Assembly: GCA_951406725.2 (NCBI GenBank) | Contig: OX597833.1 | Location: 41,788,001 to 41,852,000, forward strand | Source: Octopus vulgaris | Lineage: Eukaryota | Length of the DNA stretch: 64,000 nt | Direction of reading: 5' to 3' | Shown: one piece after another, positions 63,418-64,000 of the stretch | Numbering within the stretch: the stretch's first letter is position 1 | How the letters are laid out: the number at the start of each line of letters is the position of its first letter | The notes under the pieces: generated by a model | What the model was told of the DNA's origin: nothing | Databases searched by the model: none | Seen by the model: only the letters and a program-made list of their open reading frames with translations | Made by a program: the position numbers and the translations under genes

Positions 63418-63505
63418 AACACATACACACAAATTTACAAACATACACACAGGTAATCACTAGTTTAAAATGGTGTAGACATATGTATGTATCTATGTAC
63501 GTATG

Positions 63506-63539
<34 letters not shown>

Positions 63540-64000
63540 AGTGTGTGTGTGAAATTTTCTTTGTGATGGACAGCAGAAAAGTTACCTACCCTCTCTCTCC
63601 TTAAAGCTACGTATTCTTCACACTCACCTTTCTCTGTGTGTGTGTTGTATCTATGTATTTACGAATGTATGTATGCAGCATCGCATGTATATGACAGCTA
63701 TATTAATGTTAACATCCCATTGTCACCACTGTTCTCACCTTCACTGATATAAATCACCCTTACTTTTCTACTTCCTTTCTCTCTGACAAATACTTTTTGC
63801 AACCTTCTCATTTTAACATATAATTTGGGGCGGGGGAACATTATAGATTTTTATTGAAATCCAATTAGCTTATTATTGAACTGGATGTTAGTGTAATATG
63901 TATGCAAAGTTTTGTGAATATTGTTTTGTTGGTTTAAACACTAAGATTGTAACAGACAGACAGAAATTGCCATTATATATATATATATATATAACTATGC

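Overview
AT-rich, repeat-dense eukaryotic genomic DNA. The SINE families look like those of octopods; this is my inference from recalled repeat families and was not searched. One host gene is supported: the 3' half of a non-receptor protein tyrosine phosphatase of the PTP1B/TC-PTP (PTPN1/PTPN2, Drosophila Ptp61F) family on the + strand. It has four phase-consistent coding exons (3177-3386, 5112-5294, 26299-26735, 29310-29520) and a candidate 27-nt microexon at 9744-9770. The rest is tRNA-derived SINEs, CR1/RTE LINE fragments, mariner/piggyBac/hAT/Helentron-type DNA elements, a solo LTR and microsatellites. Nearly all long ORFs in the track are microsatellite artefacts. The most unusual signal lies at about 39.5-55 kb: roughly ten type I hammerhead-ribozyme (HHR) motifs from several unrelated short elements, mostly in inverted/palindromic configurations next to (TA)n tracts. 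One is a TSD-flanked, terminally redundant 322-nt unit with a U3-A8 covariant HHR at the tip of a long rod, a retrozyme/circRNA candidate. All structures were paired by eye; none were computed or tested.
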